Assembly: GCA_963833485.1 (NCBI GenBank)
Contig: CAWHXT010000005.1
Span: 21,330 to 85,329, forward strand
Length of the DNA: 64,000 nt
Source of the DNA: an uncultured Candidatus Micrarchaeota archaeon
GTDB taxonomy: Archaea; Micrarchaeota; Micrarchaeia; Micrarchaeales; CABMGC01
Direction: 5' to 3'
Positions 1 through 8,156 of this stretch are shown piece after piece. Each line of letters begins with the position of its first letter. Position 1 is the stretch's first letter. A program made the translations under genes and the position numbers. The notes under the pieces are model-generated. The model was not told the DNA's origin. It saw only the letters and a list, made by a program, of their open reading frames with translations, and did not search any database.

Positions 1-186
1 GTGAAGAGCAGCAAGAAGAGAGTTGAGGAAGTCAGGGAGCCGCGCGTAGAAGTAAAAAGGGCGAAGAAGGTTGAAGAGCCTGTAGAAGAGGATTTTGATG
101 ACACTGAACCAGAGGAAGAGGAAACCCACAAGAGCAGGAAGGGGCTCGTAGGGAAGCTGAAGGACTCTTTAGGTATAGTGGATTGA
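1..186 (+). CDS. 3' end of a CDS entering from upstream; Lys/Glu-rich tail, function unknown
   Basis: Open frame from base 1 to TGA at 184-186. Highly charged low-complexity C-terminus with no recognisable domain. Confidence 0.3.
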   Translation: MKSSKKRVEEVREPRVEVKRAKKVEEPVEEDFDDTEPEEEETHKSRKGLVGKLKDSLGIVD

Positions 187-193
187 TATTTGT

Positions 194-523
194 ATGGATG
201 AGCTGCTTTGCAGGAAGGTAACTAAATTGCTGCTGCCCGCAATAAGGGCTTCGGTAGCTGAGACATTGGAAAAGAATTATAACTTTACGCAGCAGGAGGT
301 AGCGAAGAGGCTTGGTATAGTCCAAGTTGCGGTGAGCAAGTATGCCAACAAAAGATATTCTAAGGAAGTAATGCAGCTAAAGAATTACATAGACTCGAAG
401 GGGCTAAACGCTGGGATAGTGAAGAGCATAGTGGAGGGGATTAACACAGATGAAGTAAACAGGAGAATTAACACTCTATGCAACGAGAACTCTCTGCTTA
501 AGTTGCTTGCGAGCATCAACTGA
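194..523 (+). CDS. Small helix-turn-helix transcriptional regulator
   Basis: 109 aa. The segment 'FTQQEVAKRLGIVQVAVSKYANKRYS' looks like a classic HTH (XRE-like/COG2522-like). Confidence 0.55.
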   Translation: MDELLCRKVTKLLLPAIRASVAETLEKNYNFTQQEVAKRLGIVQVAVSKYANKRYSKEVMQLKNYIDSKGLNAGIVKSIVEGINTDEVNRRINTLCNENSLLKLLASIN

Positions 524-588
524 TCGTCAAATGTTTTTGAGATGAGGGATAAGGATTTATTCACATCCTGCGATGAATAACTAAGTTT

Positions 589-1866
589 ATGATTGGTGAA
601 TTGATGACTGAAGAACTAGATCCTTTCAAGATATCACAAAAGCAATTAGACAAGGCGGCTGAAGTAATGAACTTGGACAGGCAGGCGCATGCGATACTGC
701 ATGAACCGATGCGAACGGTGATCCTTAATCTGCCGGTGAAGATGAGGAACGGTTCTACGAAGAGCTTCACTGCCTTTAGGGTGCTTTACAACAACGCAAG
801 AGGCCCAGGAAAAGGTGGGATAAGATTCCATCCTGAGGAAAACCTGAGCACGGTCAAGGCGCTTGCGGCATGGATGACGTGGAAGTGCTCGCTTGCTAAC
901 ATACCTTTTGGAGGTGCTAAGGGTGGGGTCATATGCGACCCGAAGACGATGAACCCTCAGGAACTGGAGAATTTATCAAGAGCATACGTTAGAGCATTAG
1001 GACAGTTGGTAGGCCCAGACGTAGATGTTCCAGCGCCAGACGTATACACAACCCCGCAGATAATGGCATGGATGGCGGACGAGTATGGGAAGATTGCTGG
1101 GCATGATGAGTTCGGTTTCATTACAGGAAAGCCTATCGAGATGTGGGGATCAGAAGGAAGATTTGATTCTACAGCTATGGGTGGATTGTATGTTTTGAGA
1201 GAGGCTGCGAAGCTCGCAAAAATCAAGATAAAGGGTGCGAAGATTGCGATACAGGGTTTCGGAAATGCAGGATCGTTCGCATTTGAGCTAGCTGCAGATC
1301 TTGGAGCGAAGGTGGTTGCGGTCAGCGACTCGCAAGGCGGTGTCTACTCGAGCAAAGGGCTTGATTTTGACAAACTAAATGAAGCTAAGAAGAGAAGCGG
1401 AAGCGTAACAGGCTACAGGGGTGCGGACAAGGTAAGCAACGAAGAGCTCCTTGAGCTAGGGGTCGATGTGCTGATACCCGCAGCTCTGGAGAACCAGATA
1501 ACGAAGAGCAATGCAGACAAGATAAAGGCGAAGATTGTGCTTGAGCTTGCGAACGGGCCAGTGACTCCTGACGCTGACGCAATACTCTCTGAGAAGAAGA
1601 TACTTGATTACCCAGACTTCCTAGTTAACTCTGGAGGGGTTATTGTATCGTACTTTGAATGGACGCAGAACAGGCAGGGCTTCTACTGGACACAGGATGA
1701 GGTATACAAGAGGTTGGACAGCATAATAACCAAGTCCTTCAACGACATGGTTGCCACGCAGAAGAAGTACGCAGACTCTGGGAAGAAGATAACCCCAAGG
1801 ACTGCGGCCTATGTAATTGCTGTAAGCAGGGTAGCTGCAACGATGAAAGCAAGAGGATGGTATTGA
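589..1866 (+). CDS. gdhA: Glutamate dehydrogenase
   Basis: 425 aa. Carries 'GPGKGGIRFHP', 'IPFGGAKGG' and the Rossmann motif 'GFGNAG', collinear with the Glu/Leu/Phe/Val dehydrogenase family. Confidence 0.95.
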   Translation: MIGELMTEELDPFKISQKQLDKAAEVMNLDRQAHAILHEPMRTVILNLPVKMRNGSTKSFTAFRVLYNNARGPGKGGIRFHPEENLSTVKALAAWMTWKCSLANIPFGGAKGGVICDPKTMNPQELENLSRAYVRALGQLVGPDVDVPAPDVYTTPQIMAWMADEYGKIAGHDEFGFITGKPIEMWGSEGRFDSTAMGGLYVLREAAKLAKIKIKGAKIAIQGFGNAGSFAFELAADLGAKVVAVSDSQGGVYSSKGLDFDKLNEAKKRSGSVTGYRGADKVSNEELLELGVDVLIPAALENQITKSNADKIKAKIVLELANGPVTPDADAILSEKKILDYPDFLVNSGGVIVSYFEWTQNRQGFYWTQDEVYKRLDSIITKSFNDMVATQKKYADSGKKITPRTAAYVIAVSRVAATMKARGWY

Positions 1867-1903
1867 GAATTAGTGTAACATTACAGTGAAATTCAAACAA
1901 TGT

Positions 1904-3634
1904 TCATTTCTTGAAGTTCTTGATCAGTTTATCGTATGGCAGGGTGTTTATCACATCATCCTTTGTGAGCCAACCCCTCTTTGCCGTTCCAACACCGTAT
2001 CTCATAAAGTAAAGCTGGTCAACCATATGTGCATCAGTGTCTATGCAGAATTTCAAGCCATACTCTTTTGCCCTGAGTATGTTTTCATCATTTAAATCCA
2101 GCCTATCTGGTTGTGCATCTATCTCCATGATTACGTTGTTCTCCTTTGCCGCCTCAAACACTTTATCTAGGTCCAATGATAACACCTCTCTTTTGTTAAT
2201 CAATCTTCCTGTAGGGTGGCCTAGAATGTTGACATAACCATCATCTAAGGCTTTTACAACTCTCTTCGTCATTTCTTCTTTAGTCATATTCATGTTTGCA
2301 TGCACTGCTGCGAACCTATAATCCATCTGCTCTAATATTTTTTTATTGAGATCAAGAGTGCCGTCTTTCAGTATGTCGGTTTCAGCGCTTTTTAGAATCT
2401 TTATATTGCTCAGCTTGTCGTTCGTCTTGTCTATTGTCACAAAAAACTTCGCTAGCTGCTTCTCATCCATGCCCTTTTCGACATACAGACTCTTCGAATG
2501 GTTTGTAATCCCAATATATTCGTGACCTATCTTTATTGCTCTAGATACCATTTCTTCCAGGCTGTCGGTTACGCCACTTGCTGGATTTGCATGAACCTGC
2601 AAATCGCCTTTTATGTCATTTATCTCTATCAATTTTGGAAGCTTATGATTTAGCGCAAGGTTTATCTCTCCCCTAGCCTCTCTCATTTCAGGTTCTATGT
2701 AGTCTAGGCCAAGAGCATTGTAAACCTCCTTCTCGGTTTTGCTTGCTATATTTTTACCTTTCTTGTCAGAAAGCTGGTATTCGTTTAGACTGTAGCCTTT
2801 CTTGACCGCAATCTGCCTTACCTGCACGCTATGATTCTTGCTTCCGGTAAAGTATTGAAGAGCAGCGCCAAAGTTCTCCTGCTCTACAACCCTGAAATCG
2901 CAGTTGAGACCTATTTTAAGCAGGACAGATGTTTTTGTTGGTCCCTTGACTAATACATTCTCCACTTCATTCATCTTAGATATGAACTCCATTACCTCTG
3001 GGGCCTTATCTGAGATTATGAGAATGTCTAGGTCACCGACAGTTTCGCGCATTCTTCTTGTAGAACCGGCGATTATGACATCCTTGACTAACTTCGATTC
3101 TCGCAGTTTTTTCACTACAGACTCAGCCTCCGGAAGCGCAACTCCAAGGAGCATCCTCTCTCCACTCATCTGCGCAAATTCGAGACCCTTCAATATTTCA
3201 CTCTCACTCTTTTCCCCGAAGCCCTCAAGGTTCCTTATCTTGTGCTGCGCTATAGCTTTCTTAAGATCCTCAATATTTTTTATTCTGAGCTCTTTGTATA
3301 GCTTCCATGCCCTCCTTGGTCCCATCCCCTGTATCTTAGTGATTCCTGTGAAGTCTACAGGATATTTCTTCTTGAGCTTCTCATACTTCTCCATCTTTCC
3401 TGTCTTGATGTACTCTTCTATTCGTTTTGCAGTGCCTGGGCCCACTCCTGGAAGATCATCTATTCCTTTCAGCCCTTTCTTCTTGTAGATTTCTTCTATA
3501 TCTTCCTGCATAGTTCCTATCAGAAGCGCAATCTTCCTGTAAGCTCGCACCTCGAAGTAAATGTTCTCACCACCTTGGATGTCGAGCATGTCTGCTATCT
3601 CCTCAAAAATCTCGGCAAGCTTCTTGTTTAGCAT
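1904..3634 (-). CDS. Family X DNA polymerase with C-terminal PHP domain (PolX)
   Basis: N-terminal HhH region 'LNKKLAEIFEEIADMLD', 'GVGPGTAKRI', 'GDLDILI' and a C-terminal PHP domain ('HANPASG', 'HPTGRL', 'IDTDAH'). Start set at the internal ATG (3632-3634), which avoids overlap with the next gene. Confidence 0.9.
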   Translation of the reverse strand: MLNKKLAEIFEEIADMLDIQGGENIYFEVRAYRKIALLIGTMQEDIEEIYKKKGLKGIDDLPGVGPGTAKRIEEYIKTGKMEKYEKLKKKYPVDFTGITKIQGMGPRRAWKLYKELRIKNIEDLKKAIAQHKIRNLEGFGEKSESEILKGLEFAQMSGERMLLGVALPEAESVVKKLRESKLVKDVIIAGSTRRMRETVGDLDILIISDKAPEVMEFISKMNEVENVLVKGPTKTSVLLKIGLNCDFRVVEQENFGAALQYFTGSKNHSVQVRQIAVKKGYSLNEYQLSDKKGKNIASKTEKEVYNALGLDYIEPEMREARGEINLALNHKLPKLIEINDIKGDLQVHANPASGVTDSLEEMVSRAIKIGHEYIGITNHSKSLYVEKGMDEKQLAKFFVTIDKTNDKLSNIKILKSAETDILKDGTLDLNKKILEQMDYRFAAVHANMNMTKEEMTKRVVKALDDGYVNILGHPTGRLINKREVLSLDLDKVFEAAKENNVIMEIDAQPDRLDLNDENILRAKEYGLKFCIDTDAHMVDQLYFMRYGVGTAKRGWLTKDDVINTLPYDKLIKNFKK

Positions 3635-3668
3635 GGTTAGAATAGGAACAAGATAAATAAATATGATA

Positions 3669-4472
3669 CTAACCTGCGCCGCTCGTATATGTCCTGATAA
3701 ACCTTTCAAATCCGAAGTATGATATGATGACTATGCAGACGCACACTACTATTGCGGCTGAAGAGAGTAAGTAGTTTGGCTGCTGACTGAAGAGCGCCTG
3801 TGCTGGGTAGAGATATGCAAACCCTATAGGTATCAGAAGTGAGAAAGTGAACTGGCCAACAAGACCGTATATCTTAAGTGGATATTTGCTCACAGTGCCA
3901 AGCATGCCCGTCAGCCTCCAGATGAAATTGCCGCTCTTGAATAGACGATAAGCCAAAATTATTAGCATTAGCAGGAACATGAGAAAAGCCGAAATTCCGA
4001 ACAGCAAAAGCAGGATATACAACGCAAAAGAAACCGGAGTTATGCTGGTATGGCTTAAAGCATATATGAAAAGAATTATTCCAGATATCACACCAGCAAG
4101 ACTATCAGAGTCACCGAAATTCGATAAGAATATCGCCAGCTTGCTATAAGGTTTTGTTAGCATATTGTCTATTTGGCCCTGACGCATCATCCATATTATG
4201 GAGGTTTGACCTATCATGTAGTATACCATTCCTAATGCTATGTTGCCTGTGGCTCCTAGTATCAGCAATTGATAATAGCTCCAGCCTGGAATCCCGCTAG
4301 ACACGTTGTATATGACGTTTATCGTTATGTATGTGAAGATCACGGAAAGTGTGCTGTAGATGCACCATAGCACTGCTTGGGACCTATACGCGAAAAATGT
4401 CTTCCACTTGTACTTTTGTACTGCGAAGAAGTATCTTAAATCTTGAATAATTTGAGATTCCATTTTAGCCAC
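3669..4472 (-). CDS. ABC-2 type transporter permease
   Basis: 267 aa multi-pass membrane protein. Last gene of a three-gene ATPase-permease-permease operon, with an 8-nt overlap with the upstream permease. Confidence 0.7.
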   Translation of the reverse strand: MAKMESQIIQDLRYFFAVQKYKWKTFFAYRSQAVLWCIYSTLSVIFTYITINVIYNVSSGIPGWSYYQLLILGATGNIALGMVYYMIGQTSIIWMMRQGQIDNMLTKPYSKLAIFLSNFGDSDSLAGVISGIILFIYALSHTSITPVSFALYILLLLFGISAFLMFLLMLIILAYRLFKSGNFIWRLTGMLGTVSKYPLKIYGLVGQFTFSLLIPIGFAYLYPAQALFSQQPNYLLSSAAIVVCVCIVIISYFGFERFIRTYTSGAG

Positions 4473-5268
4473 CCGCAGAAGTTAGATTCCTACTGGATTT
4501 CCTCCACCAAAGAAATGCAGCGATTAACATTATAGCTACCCAAAAAGTACCGACAATTAGGGAGCTTATGACTGTTTGTATCGTAGTCGTCCCAAGCAAC
4601 ATTGTAGTTGGGGTATACGCAATAATTGGAAATGGTGTGAGGAAGAGCACATTTTTTACCGCGTTTGGAAAGAGGTTTAGAGGTATGGTTGATCCGCTTA
4701 AGAACATCACAATACTCCAAGTAACCGTCAGAATCCCCCAGACGTCAATAAGATATATTGCAAAGCAGCCAAGTATGAATCCTATTATGTTTACCAGTAT
4801 GAACGCGAGCAAAACGTCAGCCACCAGCAACACTGCCATGACTGGCGTCAAGCTAAGATGAATTAAGAGCATGCTTATTAAAATCAGAGGCACGCCCACA
4901 ATAATAGAATTCATAAGAGAGTCCGCTATCGATGCAACAAATAGTTGTATTGGATAGCTTATTGGCTTTATGAATCCGGTTGTTATGCTGCCGTCTCTAA
5001 CGTCATTGATCATGTATTCGTCCATATTCGTGTTTATTATAGCCGTAAATGCAGTGACTATGAAGAAATATGCGTACATTGTGGGAAGAGTGAAACTGCC
5101 TATCTTTGTTGTGTTCGTGGTTAGGTATATCGCGGACCATATGAATATCATAATCAGTGCAGTAGCTACCCTGAAAAAAAGCGACAGCAAAAAATCCATC
5201 TTGTACACAATCGCATTTTTTATTCCCATTCGGAATATTGCAAGATAGCTGTCAACATTACTCTGCAT
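4465..5268 (-). CDS. ABC-2 type transporter permease
   Basis: Multi-pass membrane protein immediately downstream of the ABC ATPase. Start placed at the ATG at 5266-5268, giving an 11-nt overlap with the ATPase stop. Confidence 0.7.
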   Translation of the reverse strand: MQSNVDSYLAIFRMGIKNAIVYKMDFLLSLFFRVATALIMIFIWSAIYLTTNTTKIGSFTLPTMYAYFFIVTAFTAIINTNMDEYMINDVRDGSITTGFIKPISYPIQLFVASIADSLMNSIIVGVPLILISMLLIHLSLTPVMAVLLVADVLLAFILVNIIGFILGCFAIYLIDVWGILTVTWSIVMFLSGSTIPLNLFPNAVKNVLFLTPFPIIAYTPTTMLLGTTTIQTVISSLIVGTFWVAIMLIAAFLWWRKSSRNLTSAGG

Positions 5269-6280
5269 AATGTCTACCCCTGAGCTTCTTGCCTCTCTTG
5301 TCAAGCCCCGCGTATATCTTTGTAAGTATGTAGTTGAGCCCTGGCTCAGAAACCGTGTAGTCTAGGACGTTTTTGTTTGCAAGCAGCTTTATGAAGCTCT
5401 TTTTCTTCAGAGTGCTCTGGTCTATCTCTAGCTTTATGTAGTCCTTGTCCCTGTTCAGGGTCTTCCCGTATCTGTTTGTGCTTGGAAGCCCGCTGTTGGA
5501 CAGGCTAAGCTCTATCTGCCTCTTGTTTCCGAACATGCTCTCCAGCTTCCTTCTTGTGTCTTCGAAAACCACGTGCCCTTTGTCAAGCAGAATTATGTTC
5601 TCGGCTATGGTTATGTCCTCGACAATGTGTGTTGTGAGCAAGAAGGTTGTCTTGTGCCTCCTTCTTATGTCCAAGATGGTCTCTCTGAGCGCTATCTTTG
5701 ATGGCAAATCGACCCCTATCGTCGGCTCGTCAAGGAACACTATCTTCGGGTTGTGGAGCACAGAGGCAACAAAGTTGCACTTCATCTGCTCTCCTAGTGA
5801 TAGCTGCCTTACCTGTCTCCTGAAAACATTTCTCAGGTTCAAAGCGTCAACTAGATAGTTAAGCCTTTTATTGAAGTCGCTCTCTGGGATTCTGTACATA
5901 CTTCGCATGAACTTGAATGTCTCTATCGCGGGCAGGTTCCAATAGAGCTGGCTGTGCGCGCCAAGCACCACTCCCATGTTCATTGCGAGTTTCGCTCTCT
6001 CTTTCCATGGATCTAAGCCGAGCACGCTGACCTTCCCTTCGTCTGGGAAGATTATGCCTGTCAGAATCTTGACCAGAGTGGACTTTCCGCTTCCGTTCCT
6101 TCCAAGAAGCGCTACTATCTGGCCCTCATTTATAGAAAAGCTTACATTGTCAAGTGCGTGGTTGTAGTAGTATTTTCTAAAAAGTTTTGAGAAAAAGCTG
6201 CCGCTAGTCCTATTCACATAGGTTCTGAACTTCTTGCTAACTCCAGAGACTTGAATAATTGAGTTTTGCACTTCAATCAA
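5258..6280 (-). CDS. ABC transporter ATP-binding protein
   Basis: Walker A 'GRNGSGKST', signature 'LSLGEQ', Walker B 'VFLDEPT'. Long C-terminal extension. Confidence 0.9.
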   Translation of the reverse strand: MIEVQNSIIQVSGVSKKFRTYVNRTSGSFFSKLFRKYYYNHALDNVSFSINEGQIVALLGRNGSGKSTLVKILTGIIFPDEGKVSVLGLDPWKERAKLAMNMGVVLGAHSQLYWNLPAIETFKFMRSMYRIPESDFNKRLNYLVDALNLRNVFRRQVRQLSLGEQMKCNFVASVLHNPKIVFLDEPTIGVDLPSKIALRETILDIRRRHKTTFLLTTHIVEDITIAENIILLDKGHVVFEDTRRKLESMFGNKRQIELSLSNSGLPSTNRYGKTLNRDKDYIKLEIDQSTLKKKSFIKLLANKNVLDYTVSEPGLNYILTKIYAGLDKRGKKLRGRHYAE

Positions 6281-6447
6281 CCACTTTATTTTTTGCAGAG
6301 CTTATACTAACTGTGTATTTTTCCGCTTGTAAAATACTTAGTTGCAAAAACTTAATAAAGTTTGCATTTTTGGGGCTTTACTACCGTTACCAGAGAAATT
6401 ATAGGAAGGTATTTTATCTTATCCATCGATATAAGAGTGGTGGTAAG

Positions 6448-7491
6448 ATGGACGACCTATTGAATGCCGCAGTACAGAACCAGGATCTTTCCGAAAATTC
6501 AGAGCTATTCAAGCCGAAAATAGCAGTTGCTGGAGTTGGTGGAGGTGGAAATAACACCGTAAACAGACTCAGCACCATGGACATTAAAGGCGCAAGCTTA
6601 TTTGCACTCAACACAGACTCAAAGCAACTCAATACGCTGCACCCGAACATTAAAAGGATATCGTTAGGATACTCATTGACTCATGGATTAGGCGCAGGTG
6701 GTTTTGCCGACATGGGAGAGAAGGCAGCGGAGATATCAAGAAATGAGATAGACCTGCTGTTGCAGGACACAAACCTACTGTTTCTGACCGCAGGAATGGG
6801 AGGAGGAACTGGAACTGGCGCCGCACCGATCGTAGCTGATATAGCCAAGAAGAACGGCGCGATAGTCGTAGGGATAGTGACTATGCCTTTTGCACTTGAA
6901 AGAGTGAGAATGGATGTCGCTAGGCGTGGTATCGATAGGCTCAGACAGAGCGTTGACACCCTGATAGTGATAGACAACCAGAGGTTGGTTACACTTTATC
7001 CAAATCTCCAAATAGAACAGGCGTTCAAGCTTGCTGATGAGATAACATCCAGGGCAGTAAGGGGCATAACTGAGGCTATAACCCAGCCAAGCCTCGTGAA
7101 CATAGACTTCGCAGACATAAGGTCGATAATGAGCTCTGGAGGGCTTGCGATGATAAGCGTGGGCTCAGGGCAGGGAAGCAACAGGGTCGAAGAGGTTGTT
7201 AAGAACACACTGAAGAACAAGCTTCTTGATGTAGAATATGAAGGAGCGACCGGGGTCTTGCTGCACATAACCGGAGGACCAGACATGACTCTTGGAGAGG
7301 CTAATCAAGTAGGTTCCATGCTTACTGAGAGCGTATCTCCGAATGCTAGCGTCACATGGGGCGCGAGGCTGGAGAACGACAACCAGGGCAGGATAGACGT
7401 GATTGCAATCTTCACAGGCGTTTCTAGCCCTTCGATATTCACAAGCACGAGAAAGCCAAAGGAGGAGGGTTTCGGCCTGGAACAGATCTGA
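6448..7491 (+). CDS. ftsZ: Cell division GTPase FtsZ
   Basis: Tubulin signature 'GMGGGTGTGAAP', plus 'GVGGGGNN' and 'NTD'. Start moved to the ATG at 6448, preceded by 'ggtggt'. The longer ORF-track start adds a non-homologous leader. Confidence 0.95.
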   Translation: MDDLLNAAVQNQDLSENSELFKPKIAVAGVGGGGNNTVNRLSTMDIKGASLFALNTDSKQLNTLHPNIKRISLGYSLTHGLGAGGFADMGEKAAEISRNEIDLLLQDTNLLFLTAGMGGGTGTGAAPIVADIAKKNGAIVVGIVTMPFALERVRMDVARRGIDRLRQSVDTLIVIDNQRLVTLYPNLQIEQAFKLADEITSRAVRGITEAITQPSLVNIDFADIRSIMSSGGLAMISVGSGQGSNRVEEVVKNTLKNKLLDVEYEGATGVLLHITGGPDMTLGEANQVGSMLTESVSPNASVTWGARLENDNQGRIDVIAIFTGVSSPSIFTSTRKPKEEGFGLEQI

Positions 7492-7510
7492 TTTTATCTT
7501 TTTTTGTTTA
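7492..7510 (+). terminator. Oligo-T tract after ftsZ
   Basis: 'attttatctttttttgttt' includes a T7 run at 7499-7505 directly after the stop. Archaeal terminators are oligo-T tracts. Confidence 0.35.
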
Positions 7511-7511
7511 T

Positions 7512-8156
7512 TTGATAGTCATGCTCAGTGAAAAAGATGTAAATTACGTTAGGGAGCTGTTCAACGGCAGGCTGAAGGGGGAGGTTGGGCTAGAACTTTT
7601 TATTGAGCCAGGAAGCAATTATTCTGACGCTGCAGTTGAACTTCTTGGAGAGCTTTCTAGGATTGAAAAAAAGATTAAGCTGAGTGTAATCGATATAAGC
7701 AAAGAGAAGGAGAAAAAGCGCGAGAGGGGGGTAGACAGGGCTCCGGCACTCATGGTATCTCCAGAGAAGGGATACAAACTCTACTATTTTGGAGTGCCTT
7801 CAGGATATCAGTTTGCCGCATTACTTGAAGACATCATTGACGCTTCTGCAGGAACGAGTAGACTAAGCGGTATCACTAAAGATAACCTCAAGAAAATACA
7901 AAAGCCTGTGGACATAAAGGTGTTCGTTGACTCGATGGAGGAGCTCTGCGCCAGGGCGGTAAGAATAGCCCACCAGTTCTCGATGGAGAACAGCATGATA
8001 AGGAGCAGCATGATCGACCTGAACCAGTTCCCGGAGGTCACAACCCACACACCGATGAGCGTGCTTCCTCATGTGGTCATAAACAACGTGATCTCGTTCG
8101 AGGGGCCTCTGCCTGAAAACGAGTTTTTAGAGTACGTGCTGGCGAGCGTGAAGTGA
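7512..8156 (+). CDS. Protein disulfide oxidoreductase (PDO)-like double thioredoxin-fold protein lacking both CxxC motifs
   Basis: Collinear with archaeal PDO/glutaredoxin-like proteins ('DRAPAL', 'YFGVPSGYQFAALLEDIID', 'AVRIAHQF'). The two active sites read SNYS and EELC instead of CxxC. Confidence 0.55.
   Translation: MIVMLSEKDVNYVRELFNGRLKGEVGLELFIEPGSNYSDAAVELLGELSRIEKKIKLSVIDISKEKEKKRERGVDRAPALMVSPEKGYKLYYFGVPSGYQFAALLEDIIDASAGTSRLSGITKDNLKKIQKPVDIKVFVDSMEELCARAVRIAHQFSMENSMIRSSMIDLNQFPEVTTHTPMSVLPHVVINNVISFEGPLPENEFLEYVLASVK

Noticed and set aside
6259-6447. N-terminal 63-aa extension of FtsZ, and the similar 25-aa extension of PolX at 3635-3709
   Set aside because: The extensions are hydrophobic or non-homologous and overlap divergent or adjacent gene regions. 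Internal ATGs align with the conserved family N-termini.
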